From a bacterium (lineage in GTDB: Bacteria > Patescibacteriota > Minisyncoccia > Portnoybacterales > GWB1-42-6), in the NCBI GenBank assembly GCA_043800535.1, contig JAZDMV010000002.1:11378-75377 (forward strand): a DNA stretch of 64,000 bases, read 5' to 3'. A program made the translations under genes and the position numbers. How positions within the stretch are numbered: position 1 is the stretch's first letter; each line of letters starts with the position of its first letter. A model generated the notes under the pieces. The model was not told the DNA's origin, made no database searches, and worked only from the letters and a program-made list of their open reading frames with translations. Shown here piece after piece: positions 1 through 10,525 of the stretch.

Positions 1-409
1 CAGTGCATCCCATATAACCGGCAGGGTAAAGATAATAGCGATAAGCGTAGCTGCCGCCGCAAGTCGAGCCGCCGACCGGGTCCTGCGGGACTTTTGACAA
101 AAAGCTTCCATCCTGCAATGGCTCAATAAAAAACTTTCCGTCCCCGTCATTATCAACGGTTGAAGTATCCCAGCCGCCGCAACCCGCTTCCGCCTCGCCA
201 TAAGAAGAGGTCGAACCGGGGTAATGATTTTGGTTTACGTCATAATACATTTCCAGCGCAGTAACAATTGCTTTCACGTCGCTTAAGCGCTTGGTATCCC
301 GTGCTTTTTTGCGCGCGCTGTTCAGCGAAACCGTTACAACCGTAGCTAAAATACCAATAATGGCTATGACGACCAAAAGCTCTATGAGCGTAAATCCTTT
401 CTGCTTCAT
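1..409 (-). CDS. type IV pilin-like protein (prepilin N-terminal methylation motif), 3' end truncated by window edge
   Basis: Reverse-strand ATG at 409. Translation [35 protein letters not shown] is a class III signal/N-methylation motif. Not in the ORF track because it runs off the window. Confidence 0.6.
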   Translation of the reverse strand, partial: MKQKGFTLIELLVVIAIIGILATVVTVSLNSARKKARDTKRLSDVKAIVTALEMYYDVNQNHYPGSTSSYGEAEAGCGGWDTSTVDNDGDGKFFIEPLQDGSFLSKVPQDPVGGSTCGGSYAYRYYLYPAGYMGCT

Positions 410-446
410 ATTTTATCTGAGGAAACCAAATAGTTTATTTTTAATA

Positions 447-935
447 TTATTGATGATTCTTAACTTGCCCAAAATATATCCCGATATCATCATAACTTGA
501 ACTCGGGCTTGAACAGTTTGCGGTCTGGCTTATTACGTGTTCACAATTAACACTCTCGGCCCCGTTGCACATCGCTTTATTCGGTCCAGCGCTTAAAACC
601 ATGGTGCATTCATCAATACAACAACCCGGATTGTGCCATTGGTAATCAACTCCCCATGGATCTTGCGCGGGAAATTTCCCATAAGGAGTCAAAGCTGCGT
701 TCAAACATGCGCTCACTGCACCCTCGTTAAAACAAGGAAAAGTATTATTGGCATTATAATACATCTCTAAAGCCGTGTAGTATTGTCTTAGTTCTGATTT
801 TGATTTGGCGACCCGCGCCTTATCTCTAGCGCTATTTAAACTCACCAAAATAATGGAAGCTAAAATACCGATAATCGCAATCACTACCAAAAGTTCCATT
901 AGAGTGAACCCGCTGCGCTTGAAAATTCCTTTCAT
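447..935 (-). CDS. type IV pilin / pseudopilin (prepilin-type N-terminal cleavage/methylation domain)
   Basis: N-terminus [28 protein letters not shown]. Cys-rich C-terminal half. Confidence 0.8.
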   Translation of the reverse strand: MKGIFKRSGFTLMELLVVIAIIGILASIILVSLNSARDKARVAKSKSELRQYYTALEMYYNANNTFPCFNEGAVSACLNAALTPYGKFPAQDPWGVDYQWHNPGCCIDECTMVLSAGPNKAMCNGAESVNCEHVISQTANCSSPSSSYDDIGIYFGQVKNHQ

Positions 936-941
936 TATTTT

Positions 942-1823
942 TTATTGAGCTCTATTTTCCGAGCCGAACATCTTTATCTTCTCCGCCACCACTTTTTTCA
1001 TTATCTCAAACGGCGGAGTCAGGATTTTATATGGCGTTGTTTCCTGCGGCTTCTCTTTCAATTGTTTGTCCAAGGCCTCTTTGAAAGCGACCCGCAGCTC
1101 CGTGTTGATATTAACCTTGACGATGCCAAGCTCGATCGCCTCTTTTATGTCTTTATCGGGAATGCCTGAGCCGCCGTGCAAAACTAAAAACACTTTACCG
1201 CCTAACTCATTTTTAATATCGGCTAGCCGTTCAAGATTCAGCTTTTCCTCGCCCTTTAAAAAAATGCCGTGTGCGTTTCCAATAACAACGGCCAGCGAAT
1301 CCACTCCCGTTTTTTCAACAAATTCTTTTGCCTGCTCCGCGCCGGTCAAGTCCGTTTCTTTTATTTCAAGCGCCTCCTCGTGCAGGGATGAGGAGCCGCG
1401 TAAATAGCCCAATTCGCCCTCCACAATGATCTGGCTATCAAAAGTTTTTTCAACATTCCGGATGTAATCAACCAAAGATTTTGTCTGCCGGATATTTTCT
1501 ATATATTCGAGGCCCGAGCCGTCAAAATGTATGGCATTATATCCGGCGGCCACGGCTTTTTTTATTAAAGGCAGGTGCTTGCCGTGGTCAAGATTTAAAA
1601 TTATCGCCAATTTTGTGGCCGCCCGCCAGGCACCAACCAAAGCCGCGGCTTCGCGCATTCCGATAAAATCCGCTTCGCCTTCGGAAGTTGAAACAATTAT
1701 GGGCGAATTTAATTCTTTGGCCGCCAAAACAATCGCCTTCAAAATCTCGGCAGTTGAAAAATTAAACGACCCTATCGCGTATTTCCCTTCCTGGGCAGAT
1801 TTTAAAATCTCATTTGAACTCAT
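942..1823 (-). CDS. fba: class II fructose-bisphosphate (ketose-bisphosphate) aldolase
   Basis: 293 aa with family-typical segments LNLDHGK, HFDGS and VLHGGSG. Confidence 0.8.
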   Translation of the reverse strand: MSSNEILKSAQEGKYAIGSFNFSTAEILKAIVLAAKELNSPIIVSTSEGEADFIGMREAAALVGAWRAATKLAIILNLDHGKHLPLIKKAVAAGYNAIHFDGSGLEYIENIRQTKSLVDYIRNVEKTFDSQIIVEGELGYLRGSSSLHEEALEIKETDLTGAEQAKEFVEKTGVDSLAVVIGNAHGIFLKGEEKLNLERLADIKNELGGKVFLVLHGGSGIPDKDIKEAIELGIVKVNINTELRVAFKEALDKQLKEKPQETTPYKILTPPFEIMKKVVAEKIKMFGSENRAQ

Positions 1824-1881
1824 CTAATAAATCGCAATAGCGGAAAAATAGACAGAAAATCGAGATGAGCGAGGCGTTAAG

Positions 1882-2010
1882 AAATTGCCGAGCGACGAGA
1901 GAAACGAGGAGTTTACGAGGCAATTTTAGCTGAGCGAATCCGATTTTCTCTATTTTGAAGCGTGCGAGAGCTTTTTGGTTACTTTTTCTCGGCAGAAAAA
2001 GTAACTTTTG
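1882..2010 (+). repeat. intergenic repeat family D copy 1, ending in a perfect hairpin gttactttttctcggcagaaaaagtaac
   Basis: Shares ttgccgagcgacgag..gaaacgag.agtttacgaggcaatttt..agc.gagcgaatc.gatttt with 3352-3482. Shares the terminal hairpin ctacttttt-N-aaaaagtag with 3352-3482 and 15343-15425. Confidence 0.6.
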
Positions 2011-2032
2011 CGCCGCTTTAATAAAGCGGCAT

Positions 2033-3286
2033 TTATTTCAACTCAATATATCCTTTCTCTAAATTTTCCACCACCATTTCCTCCAATTTTTCTTCTCCCA
2101 TATATTCAATAAAGATCTTATTCCAAAGAGCTTCCTGCTGATGATAAAGATATTTGCCGAGCCCCCCGCGAGTCAAAGAGATAACATTGTCCAAGAGGTC
2201 AAAGCTGACAATATCTTCACCTTTTTTCCCCGCAGGCAATATCGTCCCGACAAAATCATCGACCCCCCGCCAGAAATCCATTTTTGCCCGCGGATTTTTC
2301 TCGGCCATCGCATCCATCTCTTTTTCTGCTTTGAGCCAGTGGATGGTTTCAGGATTAACGTGCGGCTCAAACAGGCGCGGATCGTTTTCGTCAATCTTTG
2401 CCAGATACCGCACGACTATCCGCCACAAAATTTTTCCGTCCTCTTCGGGCATGGAATCAGTTATCGCGCCAGACAGAAGCTTTACGAGATTCTGCCCAAA
2501 ATTCGGCGCGGCCGAATATTTCTTAAAAAGCTTTGAATAAAAATCAATCTCATGAAGATAATGGAGCACCAAGCTGAATGTTTCCAGAGATTGGCCGGCA
2601 AACTGTTCTTTTTTCAAAGGCAGAATAAAAATAAAGCCAAGTTCCTTTAGGTGGCTGATATTGTGAAGTTTTTTGCCGACAAATTTTTCGCCGATTTGGG
2701 TCCATTTTGGCGAAAGCACAGCAATTCTCAATTCTCTTTCCTCGAAATTGTCACCGCGCAAATCGTTGTAGGGATGGAAAAAAACGTGATTGAGCCATTT
2801 TTCGTCTTCAACAAAACGCAAGGCGGCAAAAATCTCATAAAGGTCCTCTTTTTCCACCATCTCCTTTATGTTGTTATACCCCAGTGCCTTTAAAATATTC
2901 TTTGGCGGGTTCAAAAATAAAAAGTCCCGCAGCTTTTCTTTTTTGACAAAAAATCCCTTTGTGATATTGGCCGCATTCTTTAAAACATCGATCATCAGAT
3001 TGCAGCATTCTTGTTTGGCAAAATCCGGCCTGCCCAGAAATTCAAAAAAAGCCTCGTCCGCCTCTTTGGTTTTTTTCAAAAGCTCGCGCTCAACATATTG
3101 CGCGTCGGCTTTTTCTTCCGCAATGCCAAGTTCCGCGAGCTTACGTTTAATTACCGCCCGGTTCTCCTCAAAAATTTTATCCGCAACGCCTTTTTTGCCA
3201 GTCAATTTATCCATGCGGCTAAACAAATCGGCCAGAACATTTTCCGGCGTCCGTAAAAGTTTTGCGATATACTGAATTGAGTTCAT
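2033..3286 (-). CDS. hypothetical protein (417 aa, no family recognised)
   Basis: Long intact ORF in an operon-like context. No motif I can assign. Confidence 0.5.
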   Translation of the reverse strand: MNSIQYIAKLLRTPENVLADLFSRMDKLTGKKGVADKIFEENRAVIKRKLAELGIAEEKADAQYVERELLKKTKEADEAFFEFLGRPDFAKQECCNLMIDVLKNAANITKGFFVKKEKLRDFLFLNPPKNILKALGYNNIKEMVEKEDLYEIFAALRFVEDEKWLNHVFFHPYNDLRGDNFEERELRIAVLSPKWTQIGEKFVGKKLHNISHLKELGFIFILPLKKEQFAGQSLETFSLVLHYLHEIDFYSKLFKKYSAAPNFGQNLVKLLSGAITDSMPEEDGKILWRIVVRYLAKIDENDPRLFEPHVNPETIHWLKAEKEMDAMAEKNPRAKMDFWRGVDDFVGTILPAGKKGEDIVSFDLLDNVISLTRGGLGKYLYHQQEALWNKIFIEYMGEEKLEEMVVENLEKGYIELK

Positions 3287-3351
3287 AAATGATGGATCCT
3301 CTGTCGCGCATCGAAAAATTTTGTCATAAAATCGCGATGGGCTAGACGTAT

Positions 3352-3482
3352 GAAAAATTGCCGAGCGACGAGTGAAACGAGAAGTTTACGAGGCAATTTT
3401 TAGTCGAGCGAATCTGATTTTATCAAAATTTTATCGCTGCGCGTGGTCTTTTGCTACTTTTCTGCCACCAGAAAAGTAGATA
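3352..3482 (+). repeat. intergenic repeat family D copy 2 with terminal hairpin gctacttttctgccaccagaaaagtag
   Basis: Near-identical core to 1882-2010. Confidence 0.6.
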
Positions 3483-3487
3483 AAAAT

Positions 3488-4495
3488 TTATATTTTATAA
3501 CTCTTCACCTCCACCCTCTCCCACGGTCCCCATTCCCCTTTTTTTAAAAGGCCGGTTTTGGCGCCAAGATTCTGGACGGTTCCGGTCGCGTTGGCTGTAC
3601 CTAGCTGCACAGCGTATTCAATTGCTGAAGAATCTTTTTTCCAGTCGCCTCTCTGCAAAAGTCCGCTCAAAAATCCCGAGCCAAAAGCGTCGCCAGAACC
3701 AGTTCTGTCAACCAGGCCCGATCTTGGTATGCCGGCAGTATAAATATTACGGCCATCAGACACCATTACCCCTTCATGTCCCTTGCTCATAACCGCCACA
3801 CCCTTTATCCAAACGTCCAGGCGCTTAAAAATTTCTTTTTCCGAGTTGTATGGCAAACAGGTTAATTTCGCCGCTTCTTCTTTGTTTAGAATAAAAACGT
3901 CTATTTTATTTAATAGCGGCTCAAGCCGGTCAATGCCAAGATTCAACTGCGCCTCTCCAGGATTAACCGCGATTTTTATTCCATTTTCATAAGCAAAATT
4001 AATTAACGGTTCAAAAAGCTCTGCTGATTTTCCAGAAAGGCCTGAGATATAGAACCATTTAGTTTTTTTGAGTTCGGCCCACGAAATTTCTTCTTTTGTT
4101 AAATTATGGCAAGCTCCTTGATACACCAAGATCGTTCGTTCACCCCCCGGCACCGAAAGCACAATTGAATAAGCAGTTTTTGATCTTTTGTCTTTTGTTA
4201 CAAACCCGCTGTTCACGCCAAATTTTTTAAGCTCCTCCAGAATTGCGTTTCCGCCAGTGTCATCCCCGACTTTTCCGACATAAGCGGTCTTTAGGCCCTG
4301 CAAAACGAAAGTGACGGCGGCATTTGTTCCTCCGCCGCCCGTCTCAAAAACTACGTCTTCAACATAAATTTTTGAGCCGGAAGGCGCGCAGACCCCTTTG
4401 CCAGTCGCAAAATCATCAGACCTTATTGTCTTAAAATTTTTGCTTATGACGAACATGTCCCGCGTGGCGGAGCCGAATGTGATGATGTCGAACAT
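3488..4495 (-). CDS. PfkB-family carbohydrate kinase (ribokinase-like)
   Basis: 335 aa. GG dipeptide region (ETGGGGTNAAV) and C-terminal DRTGSGDAFGSGF anion-hole motif typical of ribokinase/PfkB. Confidence 0.75.
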   Translation of the reverse strand: MFDIITFGSATRDMFVISKNFKTIRSDDFATGKGVCAPSGSKIYVEDVVFETGGGGTNAAVTFVLQGLKTAYVGKVGDDTGGNAILEELKKFGVNSGFVTKDKRSKTAYSIVLSVPGGERTILVYQGACHNLTKEEISWAELKKTKWFYISGLSGKSAELFEPLINFAYENGIKIAVNPGEAQLNLGIDRLEPLLNKIDVFILNKEEAAKLTCLPYNSEKEIFKRLDVWIKGVAVMSKGHEGVMVSDGRNIYTAGIPRSGLVDRTGSGDAFGSGFLSGLLQRGDWKKDSSAIEYAVQLGTANATGTVQNLGAKTGLLKKGEWGPWERVEVKSYKI

Positions 4496-4498
4496 AAT

Positions 4499-4942
4499 TT
4501 ACCTAATTATTTTTAAAATATATTTATCAACAATTTCTCCGCTGCAAGCATAAAAGAAAACAATGTCTACAACCCCTTCCTTTTTCGGTGTAATAATAGT
4601 GTAATTATTTTTATGGCATATACTCGATCTTTTATCTACAAAACTAATATCATAATAATCGCTTGTTTTGGCACCAACAGGACACCCCCCGGGTGCACCA
4701 TCTTCTGGAACACAAATATCTTCTTCGTCAGTTCTTACAATAATACTCTCGCCAATTTTAACTGTCATATTATTTTCAATCCTCTGAAGCTTTATATCGG
4801 TTAATCTAAAATAAATTTTCAAACCAAAAAAACCAATAATTAAAGCTATAATTATTACAAATAATGCTTTAAGTTTTTTACTTCTCCAAAAGCTTGTTTT
4901 TTGTGGATTATTTGGTTGGGGCGTTTCCATGGTTTTTGTCAT
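4499..4942 (-). CDS. hypothetical membrane-anchored protein
   Basis: Single N-terminal TM helix (LKALFVIIIALIIGFFGLKIYF). The ORF-track start at 4990 reads through a repeat element, so I place the start at MTKTMETPQ (4942). Confidence 0.45.
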   Translation of the reverse strand: MTKTMETPQPNNPQKTSFWRSKKLKALFVIIIALIIGFFGLKIYFRLTDIKLQRIENNMTVKIGESIIVRTDEEDICVPEDGAPGGCPVGAKTSDYYDISFVDKRSSICHKNNYTIITPKKEGVVDIVFFYACSGEIVDKYILKIIR

Positions 4943-5037
4943 TCCTGCCCGCGCTACGCCGAAAGGCTTCGGCGAGGCGAACAAAAGCAAAAATTCAGAT
5001 TGTTTTTCTTCTGGATTCCGGCTTTCGCCGGAATGAT
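4938..5037. repeat. palindromic repeat family B copy (gtcattcc...ccggaatga termini)
   Basis: Termini gtcattcctgcc ... ggattccggctttcgccggaatga resemble copies at 19321, 22861, 26531 and 13294. Confidence 0.5.
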
Positions 5038-5046
5038 ACCAAAAAG

Positions 5047-7350
5047 CTACAAAGCGCCTAGTATTTTCTTCTTCAATCCTTCCACATCAAATTCAGCGAA
5101 TTTATATACTTCATCCACCGCGCCGGATTTAAGGAAGCGGTCGATCCCGATAACCCGTTTCTGATAATCGCCGGGCAGAATGAAAGGGTTCAAAAACGCC
5201 GGCCAGCCATTGTGCAGAGTTATGACATACTGACGCTCTTCGTCTGGCAAAATTGAATCGGCTTTGGCCGGATCGTTCTTTTTCAGCTCTTCAAAAAGCT
5301 CGGGTGAAGTGACCGCGATAATTTTTATATCCGCATTCTGCTCCAATTCAGGCAAACTTGCCAAAACATTAGCCATCACTTGCCCGCCGCAGATGGCAAA
5401 AATAACTTTTTTCTTGCCGTTTTCCGCGAATGGCTTGTAAACATAAGCGCCATTTATTGCCTCTTTAGCAGGAGGCACTCCGTTTTCGCGTTTTAAAACC
5501 GGCGTTCCCGGCCGCATGATAGATAACGCGATCGGCTCCTGTTTTTCCATCGCATAAAACAGCATCTCAATTGTTTCATTGGCATCCATGGGTTTATAAA
5601 CTTTTATTCCCGGATAAGCGTTAAACAGCGACATCCAGAATAGCCCATGATGCGTTTCGCCGTCCTCGCCCGTTTCCGGGCCGTCGTGAGCCGCCAGCAT
5701 AATAAAAAATCCTTTACGCTTTGGGTTGACGTAATTATTGATCAACGCCATGCGCACCGAATTGGCCATAATTGAGGTAAACACGCCATATGACGCAAAG
5801 ACGCTCATTGCCTGATATCCGCCCGGCAGAATATCCTGGGTCAAACTGCTTCCCATCATAGCCATATTCTGCTCGGCAATGCCGTAGCGGAAACCGCGGC
5901 CCAAAGGATTGCTCGGACTGATAATCCCATAAACATTCTCCGCATTTTTGGTCAAAATAGAACCAGCCAGATCGCCGGAACCAACGTAGAAAAACGCTGA
6001 CTGCTTCATCATCCATTCAAAAAATGCTTCAGTCGCTTTTCTTGTGGCGATTGCTTCGCCTTCCTTGAAAACCAGTTCCGGCGGCAAAACATCCGGCCGC
6101 TTAATAGATTTATAATCAGCCATCGGCCGGTCTTTTAACACTTCCGCCATTTTTCCAGATAGCTCTTTTTCCGGCCTAATCCTTTCTTTATCAACGTTCA
6201 GGCGGTCAAATATATATTCAACATCCTCTTGAGTCAATTGAGAGATCACAACATCAATGTCTTTTTGCGTATCGCCCTCAATTCCGGGAATATCAAAGCC
6301 GATCGCTTTCATTATTTCAACGTAATCCGGATGTGCGACAGGCGCGCCGTGCGAGCCGGCCGTGCCGGCCAGCTTGCCGTAAAACTTCCCTTTGATAGTA
6401 TGGCAAATAATAACTGTGGCTTTTTTATTTCCAAACCCCTGATAGGCCTTATGATAAGCATAAGCGATCTCAAGAGGGTTATGGCCGTCAATTTCAATAA
6501 TGTTCCAGCCCGGGCCAAACCAATAATTATCAATGGGCAAGCTTATGACTTCGCCAATCGGCCCGTCTATGCCAAAATTATTATTATCAAGAGTAACGAT
6601 AATATTATCGGCGCCCATTGAAATAATGGAATTGCGCGCCTCATAACTTATTCCCTCTTCGGTTTCCGCGTCGCCCGCGATAACGTGCACTTTTGCGTCC
6701 AGCCCGTTTGATTTTTGCAAAATTGCCAAGCCAAGCCCGACAGAAAAACCATGCCCCGAAGAACCGGTTGAAGCGTCAGCCAAAGCATAACTTGATTCAA
6801 CATGGCCACTCGGGCCGTCGCAATGCCTGAAACGAGTCAGGCAAGAAGGCGTTGAATAGCCAAGCGCGTCTTTATCCAGCTTCACGCCTTTGCGCGACAT
6901 TACCTCCCAAATGAGCGCAAGCAAAGAATGTTGCAATGGCGTGCAATGCCCGGCGGACCAGACAATGCGGTCCCGGCCGGGATTTTTTGGGTCCTGCGGG
7001 TCAAAGGCAAAAATGCCGGAAAACAGCAAGCTTAATAAGATCTCAGTCTTTGAAGAAGATCCTCCCGGATGGCCAGATTTAATTCCATCCATCGCGGCAA
7101 AACTTAAACCGCGCACAACTCGCGCGATGTTTTCTATTCTAACGATATCAACTCCATCAATAGGTGCCAATTCAAGTCCTTTTAGATTTAAATAAACCCC
7201 CACACCTTCTTCTGCTTGATTATTTTTTTGGCTAGTTTCGGAACTCGCTAAGGTGTGGGGGTAAAAACCGCCTTCGGCCTGATACTGAAAGCGCTGCGGC
7301 TCCTTCTCCTTAAGCATGCCTAATTCCTTCTCATCGAGAATATTGTACAT
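5047..7350 (-). CDS. tkt: transketolase (full length, with about 80-aa N-terminal extension)
   Basis: Contains GHPGGSSS and EGISYEA segments, which I recall as transketolase TPP-binding signatures. The N-terminal extension includes an in-frame palindrome (7197-7261). Confidence 0.8.
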   Translation of the reverse strand: MYNILDEKELGMLKEKEPQRFQYQAEGGFYPHTLASSETSQKNNQAEEGVGVYLNLKGLELAPIDGVDIVRIENIARVVRGLSFAAMDGIKSGHPGGSSSKTEILLSLLFSGIFAFDPQDPKNPGRDRIVWSAGHCTPLQHSLLALIWEVMSRKGVKLDKDALGYSTPSCLTRFRHCDGPSGHVESSYALADASTGSSGHGFSVGLGLAILQKSNGLDAKVHVIAGDAETEEGISYEARNSIISMGADNIIVTLDNNNFGIDGPIGEVISLPIDNYWFGPGWNIIEIDGHNPLEIAYAYHKAYQGFGNKKATVIICHTIKGKFYGKLAGTAGSHGAPVAHPDYVEIMKAIGFDIPGIEGDTQKDIDVVISQLTQEDVEYIFDRLNVDKERIRPEKELSGKMAEVLKDRPMADYKSIKRPDVLPPELVFKEGEAIATRKATEAFFEWMMKQSAFFYVGSGDLAGSILTKNAENVYGIISPSNPLGRGFRYGIAEQNMAMMGSSLTQDILPGGYQAMSVFASYGVFTSIMANSVRMALINNYVNPKRKGFFIMLAAHDGPETGEDGETHHGLFWMSLFNAYPGIKVYKPMDANETIEMLFYAMEKQEPIALSIMRPGTPVLKRENGVPPAKEAINGAYVYKPFAENGKKKVIFAICGGQVMANVLASLPELEQNADIKIIAVTSPELFEELKKNDPAKADSILPDEERQYVITLHNGWPAFLNPFILPGDYQKRVIGIDRFLKSGAVDEVYKFAEFDVEGLKKKILGAL
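7197..7261. repeat. palindrome cccccacacctt...aaggtgtggggg lying in-frame in the tkt N-terminal extension
   Basis: 12-nt perfect inverted termini. The same cccccacac motif recurs at 50693-50760. Confidence 0.5.
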
Positions 7351-7378
7351 AAATTTAATTAATTAAAATCTTATTTTT

Positions 7379-7897
7379 TTACCAAGTGCTTCTGGCCGCT
7401 GCTGTTGAAACTTGCCAAGCCCCAGTTGGTCTAACGGGGTCATAAAAAGGATCTGTGGCTAAATACCCTGTCTCTGGCGTGCAATGAGCCAAAACTTTGT
7501 AGTCGACACCATTTGAATAATAAAGATAGCAGCAACCAGCGCCGTTGGCATTATGACCTTTTGGGTCAAGCGGCAGTTGCGCCATATACGCGGGCGCCAA
7601 ATTCGGAACATAGCCGTCGCTACCCGAAAGAGCGTGGCTTCCAAAACTATCGCATTCGCCCCACCACCCCGGCACAACCGGGTAGACGCCGCTAAAATCA
7701 TAATACATTTCCAAAGCCAGCTGAATTTGACTTAAATCCGTTTTACGCTTAGCGTCCCTCGCTTTTGCTCTGGCACTGCTAAGAGAAACCAACACAACGC
7801 CGGAAAGTAATCCTATAATCGCAATCACAACCAAAAGTTCCATCAAAGTGAACCCTTTTGTGCGGTTTTTAATTTTGATTCCAAGCCATCTTGACAT
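7379..7897 (-). CDS. type IV pilin-like protein
   Basis: [20 protein letters not shown] prepilin motif after a 15-aa leader. Confidence 0.75.
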   Translation of the reverse strand: MSRWLGIKIKNRTKGFTLMELLVVIAIIGLLSGVVLVSLSSARAKARDAKRKTDLSQIQLALEMYYDFSGVYPVVPGWWGECDSFGSHALSGSDGYVPNLAPAYMAQLPLDPKGHNANGAGCCYLYYSNGVDYKVLAHCTPETGYLATDPFYDPVRPTGAWQVSTAAARSTW

Positions 7898-7918
7898 CTT
7901 TAAATTACCGCTCAGCTC

Positions 7919-8320
7919 TTACTTTACAATAAGTTTCTGAACCTGCACTGTGCCGTTGCTCAGGCGACCGTCCACTGTCACGCGATTCCCCACGCCTAAT
8001 TTTGAAACGTTGCACACAGATTCTTTGCCCGCAATTGTGCATAAACTGCCGCCCGAAAAAACTAGTTTTGCGGTCAACGCCGCCTGGCCAGGATTTTCAT
8101 ACAATAAATACCACATTCCCCTCTCCATGCCTGGATTGTTTTTGACAAGATTTCCGGTGTGCGAAAACCCAATACTCTCTAAATTATTTGCGTTTATCGT
8201 TTCCACAAGCGGCTCTTCTGTCTGTAACCACCAGACAGCCAAAGCTGCCGCCACTGACAATATCACTATTATCACAATAGCCAGACTTATCCTTTCTTTA
8301 GCCAGGTTTCTTTTTGTCAT
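7919..8320 (-). CDS. hypothetical membrane-anchored protein
   Basis: N-terminal TM helix, then soluble domain. Lies next to pilin genes. Confidence 0.45.
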   Translation of the reverse strand: MTKRNLAKERISLAIVIIVILSVAAALAVWWLQTEEPLVETINANNLESIGFSHTGNLVKNNPGMERGMWYLLYENPGQAALTAKLVFSGGSLCTIAGKESVCNVSKLGVGNRVTVDGRLSNGTVQVQKLIVK

Positions 8321-8436
8321 TATTATTGTTATTCCTGCGGAAGCAGGAATCCAGGTTCTCCTATCTGCCTCCTGATGCTAATCTGGATTCTCGCTCCAAG
8401 CATGTCCTGCGTTTGATACAGGACTGAAATAACAAA

Positions 8437-9087
8437 TTATATTATTATATTTTTTAATTTTTCAATTGAACCTTTTATATCAGCACTTCCAAATATGGCA
8501 GAGCCGGCAACTAAAATATCGGCCCCGGAAGCAGCCGCCTTTTTTCCCGTTTCTGCATTTATCCCGCCATCCACCGCAATTTTTATATCGCTGTATTTTG
8601 AGCGCAGATCAAAGATCTTTGGCAGAACGCGTTCCGAAAAAGGATGGCCGTAATAGCCGATTTCCTGAATGCCCATCAGCTGAATAACCTGAAAATTGGG
8701 GAATTGAGAAATTGGGAAATTTTCCAAAACATTAATGGGGGTCTGAAGATTTAAAACAAGCCCCATTTCCATTCCGGCCGCTTTTAATTTTTCCGAAATT
8801 TCAGTCAGCTTTTCCGTTGACTCGTAATGAATTAAAATTCTTTTAACGCCAGAAACAATCCATCTGTCAATCTCTTTTTCGGGCTCAGAAATCATTAAAT
8901 GAACTTCAAAATTAAGCTTGGTCTCTATCTTTTTCAAATCTTCCGGATTGTCCCAGGTTTTTGTCGCTGTAAATTTGCCGTCACCAATGTCTAATTGCAC
9001 CCAATCTACATATGGTTCAACCAGCTTTATCTTTTTTTTCAGGTCATCAAAGTCCTTGGCAAGAATGGCGGGAATTATTTCAGGCAT
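8437..9087 (-). CDS. rpe: ribulose-phosphate 3-epimerase
   Basis: IPAILAKDF, HLMI and VDGGIN segments. Start placed at MPEIIPAIL. Confidence 0.75.
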   Translation of the reverse strand: MPEIIPAILAKDFDDLKKKIKLVEPYVDWVQLDIGDGKFTATKTWDNPEDLKKIETKLNFEVHLMISEPEKEIDRWIVSGVKRILIHYESTEKLTEISEKLKAAGMEMGLVLNLQTPINVLENFPISQFPNFQVIQLMGIQEIGYYGHPFSERVLPKIFDLRSKYSDIKIAVDGGINAETGKKAAASGADILVAGSAIFGSADIKGSIEKLKNIII

Positions 9088-9227
9088 AAAAATAAAAGAT
9101 TCAAATTTCAAAATCCAAATTTCAACTTCTCGACAAGCTCGAAGAATAAATTATTATTCGAGCGAAGGAGTCCCTTTAACGGGACGACTGAGTCGAGAAT
9201 TTGACATTTGAGCTTTGGATTTTTGAC

Positions 9228-9671
9228 TTAGTTTCTTTCTATGTTCTCTATCTTCTCAATCCTCCTTAAATGCCTTCCTTCCGCGACGAACTCCGTGTCC
9301 AGCCACATTTTCACCAATTTTTTGGCAATATCATCGTCCAGCACTCTGCCGCCAAGACAAATGATATTTGCATTCAAATGTTCAGCCGCGCTTCTGGCTG
9401 TAAATTCGTCATAAACCAAAGCGGCGCGGATGCCGTCAACCTTATTTGCCGTGATGCAAACGCCTTGTCCCGTGCCGCAGATCAAAATGCCTTTTGAATC
9501 TTCATTTTCAACCACATTTTGCGCCAAGCGATATGCAAAATCAGGATAATCGTCAGACGGATCAAGCTGTTCATTCCCCAGGTCCTGGACGTCAAAACCA
9601 AGCTCAACCAAATATGGCCTCAACGCTTCTTTTAACGGATATCCCGCGTGGTCCGCGGCGATGAATAGCAT
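9228..9671 (-). CDS. rpiB: ribose-5-phosphate isomerase B
   Basis: ICGTGQG motif, 150-aa LacAB/RpiB size. Start placed at MLFIAADHAGY. Confidence 0.75.
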   Translation of the reverse strand: MLFIAADHAGYPLKEALRPYLVELGFDVQDLGNEQLDPSDDYPDFAYRLAQNVVENEDSKGILICGTGQGVCITANKVDGIRAALVYDEFTARSAAEHLNANIICLGGRVLDDDIAKKLVKMWLDTEFVAEGRHLRRIEKIENIERN

Positions 9672-9716
9672 GCTAGCGATTAGCAAATAGCGACTGGCGA
9701 CTAGTCATACTAGTGG

Positions 9717-10463
9717 CTAGTTGCTAGTGGCTGACTTTTTAACTCTCCACTCTTTAATCTTCTTATGGTCTCCCGACAAAAGAACCTCCGGCACTTTCCA
9801 TCCCTTAAATTTTTCCGGCCTTGTGTACTGCGGGTATTCTAAATAGGTGACAACCGTCGACCGCTTACCGTCGACCGCCCTTGAATTTTTTTCTGACGGT
9901 TGTCGTTCGTCGGTAGTCGGTAGTCGGTTCGAGAAGCTTTCTTCATCTAACGACTCCTTTTTCCCCAAAACGCCCGGAATCAATCGGGACACCGCATCTA
10001 CCATTATCATAGCAGGGATTTCGCCGCCGGTTAAGACAAAGTTACCCACAGACACCTCTTCGTCGGCTATATACTCGGCCACCCGCTCATCCACCCCCTC
10101 ATACCGGCCGCATATCAATATCAGCTGGTCATATTTGGCCAGTCTCCGCGCGTCCGCCTGCGTGAATTGTTTGCCTTTGGCACTGAATAAAATTATCCGC
10201 CTCTTAATTTTTAATTTTTCATCTTTAACTTTTAACTTTTTTAAAGTCGCAACCGCTCTCCAAAGCGGTTCGACTTTAAAAATCATCCCCGGCCCACCCC
10301 CATACGGGCTGTCGTCAACGGTTTTGTGTTTATCGTCCGTCCATTGCCTGAGATCGTGCACGCTAATCTCCAGATGACGGGCTTCCTGCGCCCGCATCAA
10401 AATACTCTCCTTAAAATATGAGTCAAAAATTCTTGGGAAGATTGTAATAATGTCGAATTTCAT
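9717..10463 (-). CDS. trmD: tRNA (guanine37-N1)-methyltransferase, carrying an in-frame insertion of about 26 aa
   Basis: MKFDIITIFP N-terminus, GGGPGM region, and C-terminal YPQYTRP..LLSGDHKKI. The insertion RLPTTDERQPSEKNSRAVDGKRSTVV is encoded by a palindromic/direct-repeat DNA segment (9843-9925). Confidence 0.8.
   Translation of the reverse strand: MKFDIITIFPRIFDSYFKESILMRAQEARHLEISVHDLRQWTDDKHKTVDDSPYGGGPGMIFKVEPLWRAVATLKKLKVKDEKLKIKRRIILFSAKGKQFTQADARRLAKYDQLILICGRYEGVDERVAEYIADEEVSVGNFVLTGGEIPAMIMVDAVSRLIPGVLGKKESLDEESFSNRLPTTDERQPSEKNSRAVDGKRSTVVTYLEYPQYTRPEKFKGWKVPEVLLSGDHKKIKEWRVKKSATSN
9843..9925. repeat. palindromic plus direct-repeat insert inside trmD (tgacaaccgtcg...cgacggttgtc; tcggtagtcggtagtcggt)
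   Basis: Inverted 10-bp arms and tandem tcggtag units. The insert is in-frame. Confidence 0.5.
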
Positions 10464-10525
10464 TGAAATAAACAAAAACTGCGCCATCTTTATGATAGCA
10501 CAGCTTTTGTGTAATTGCGAAAATT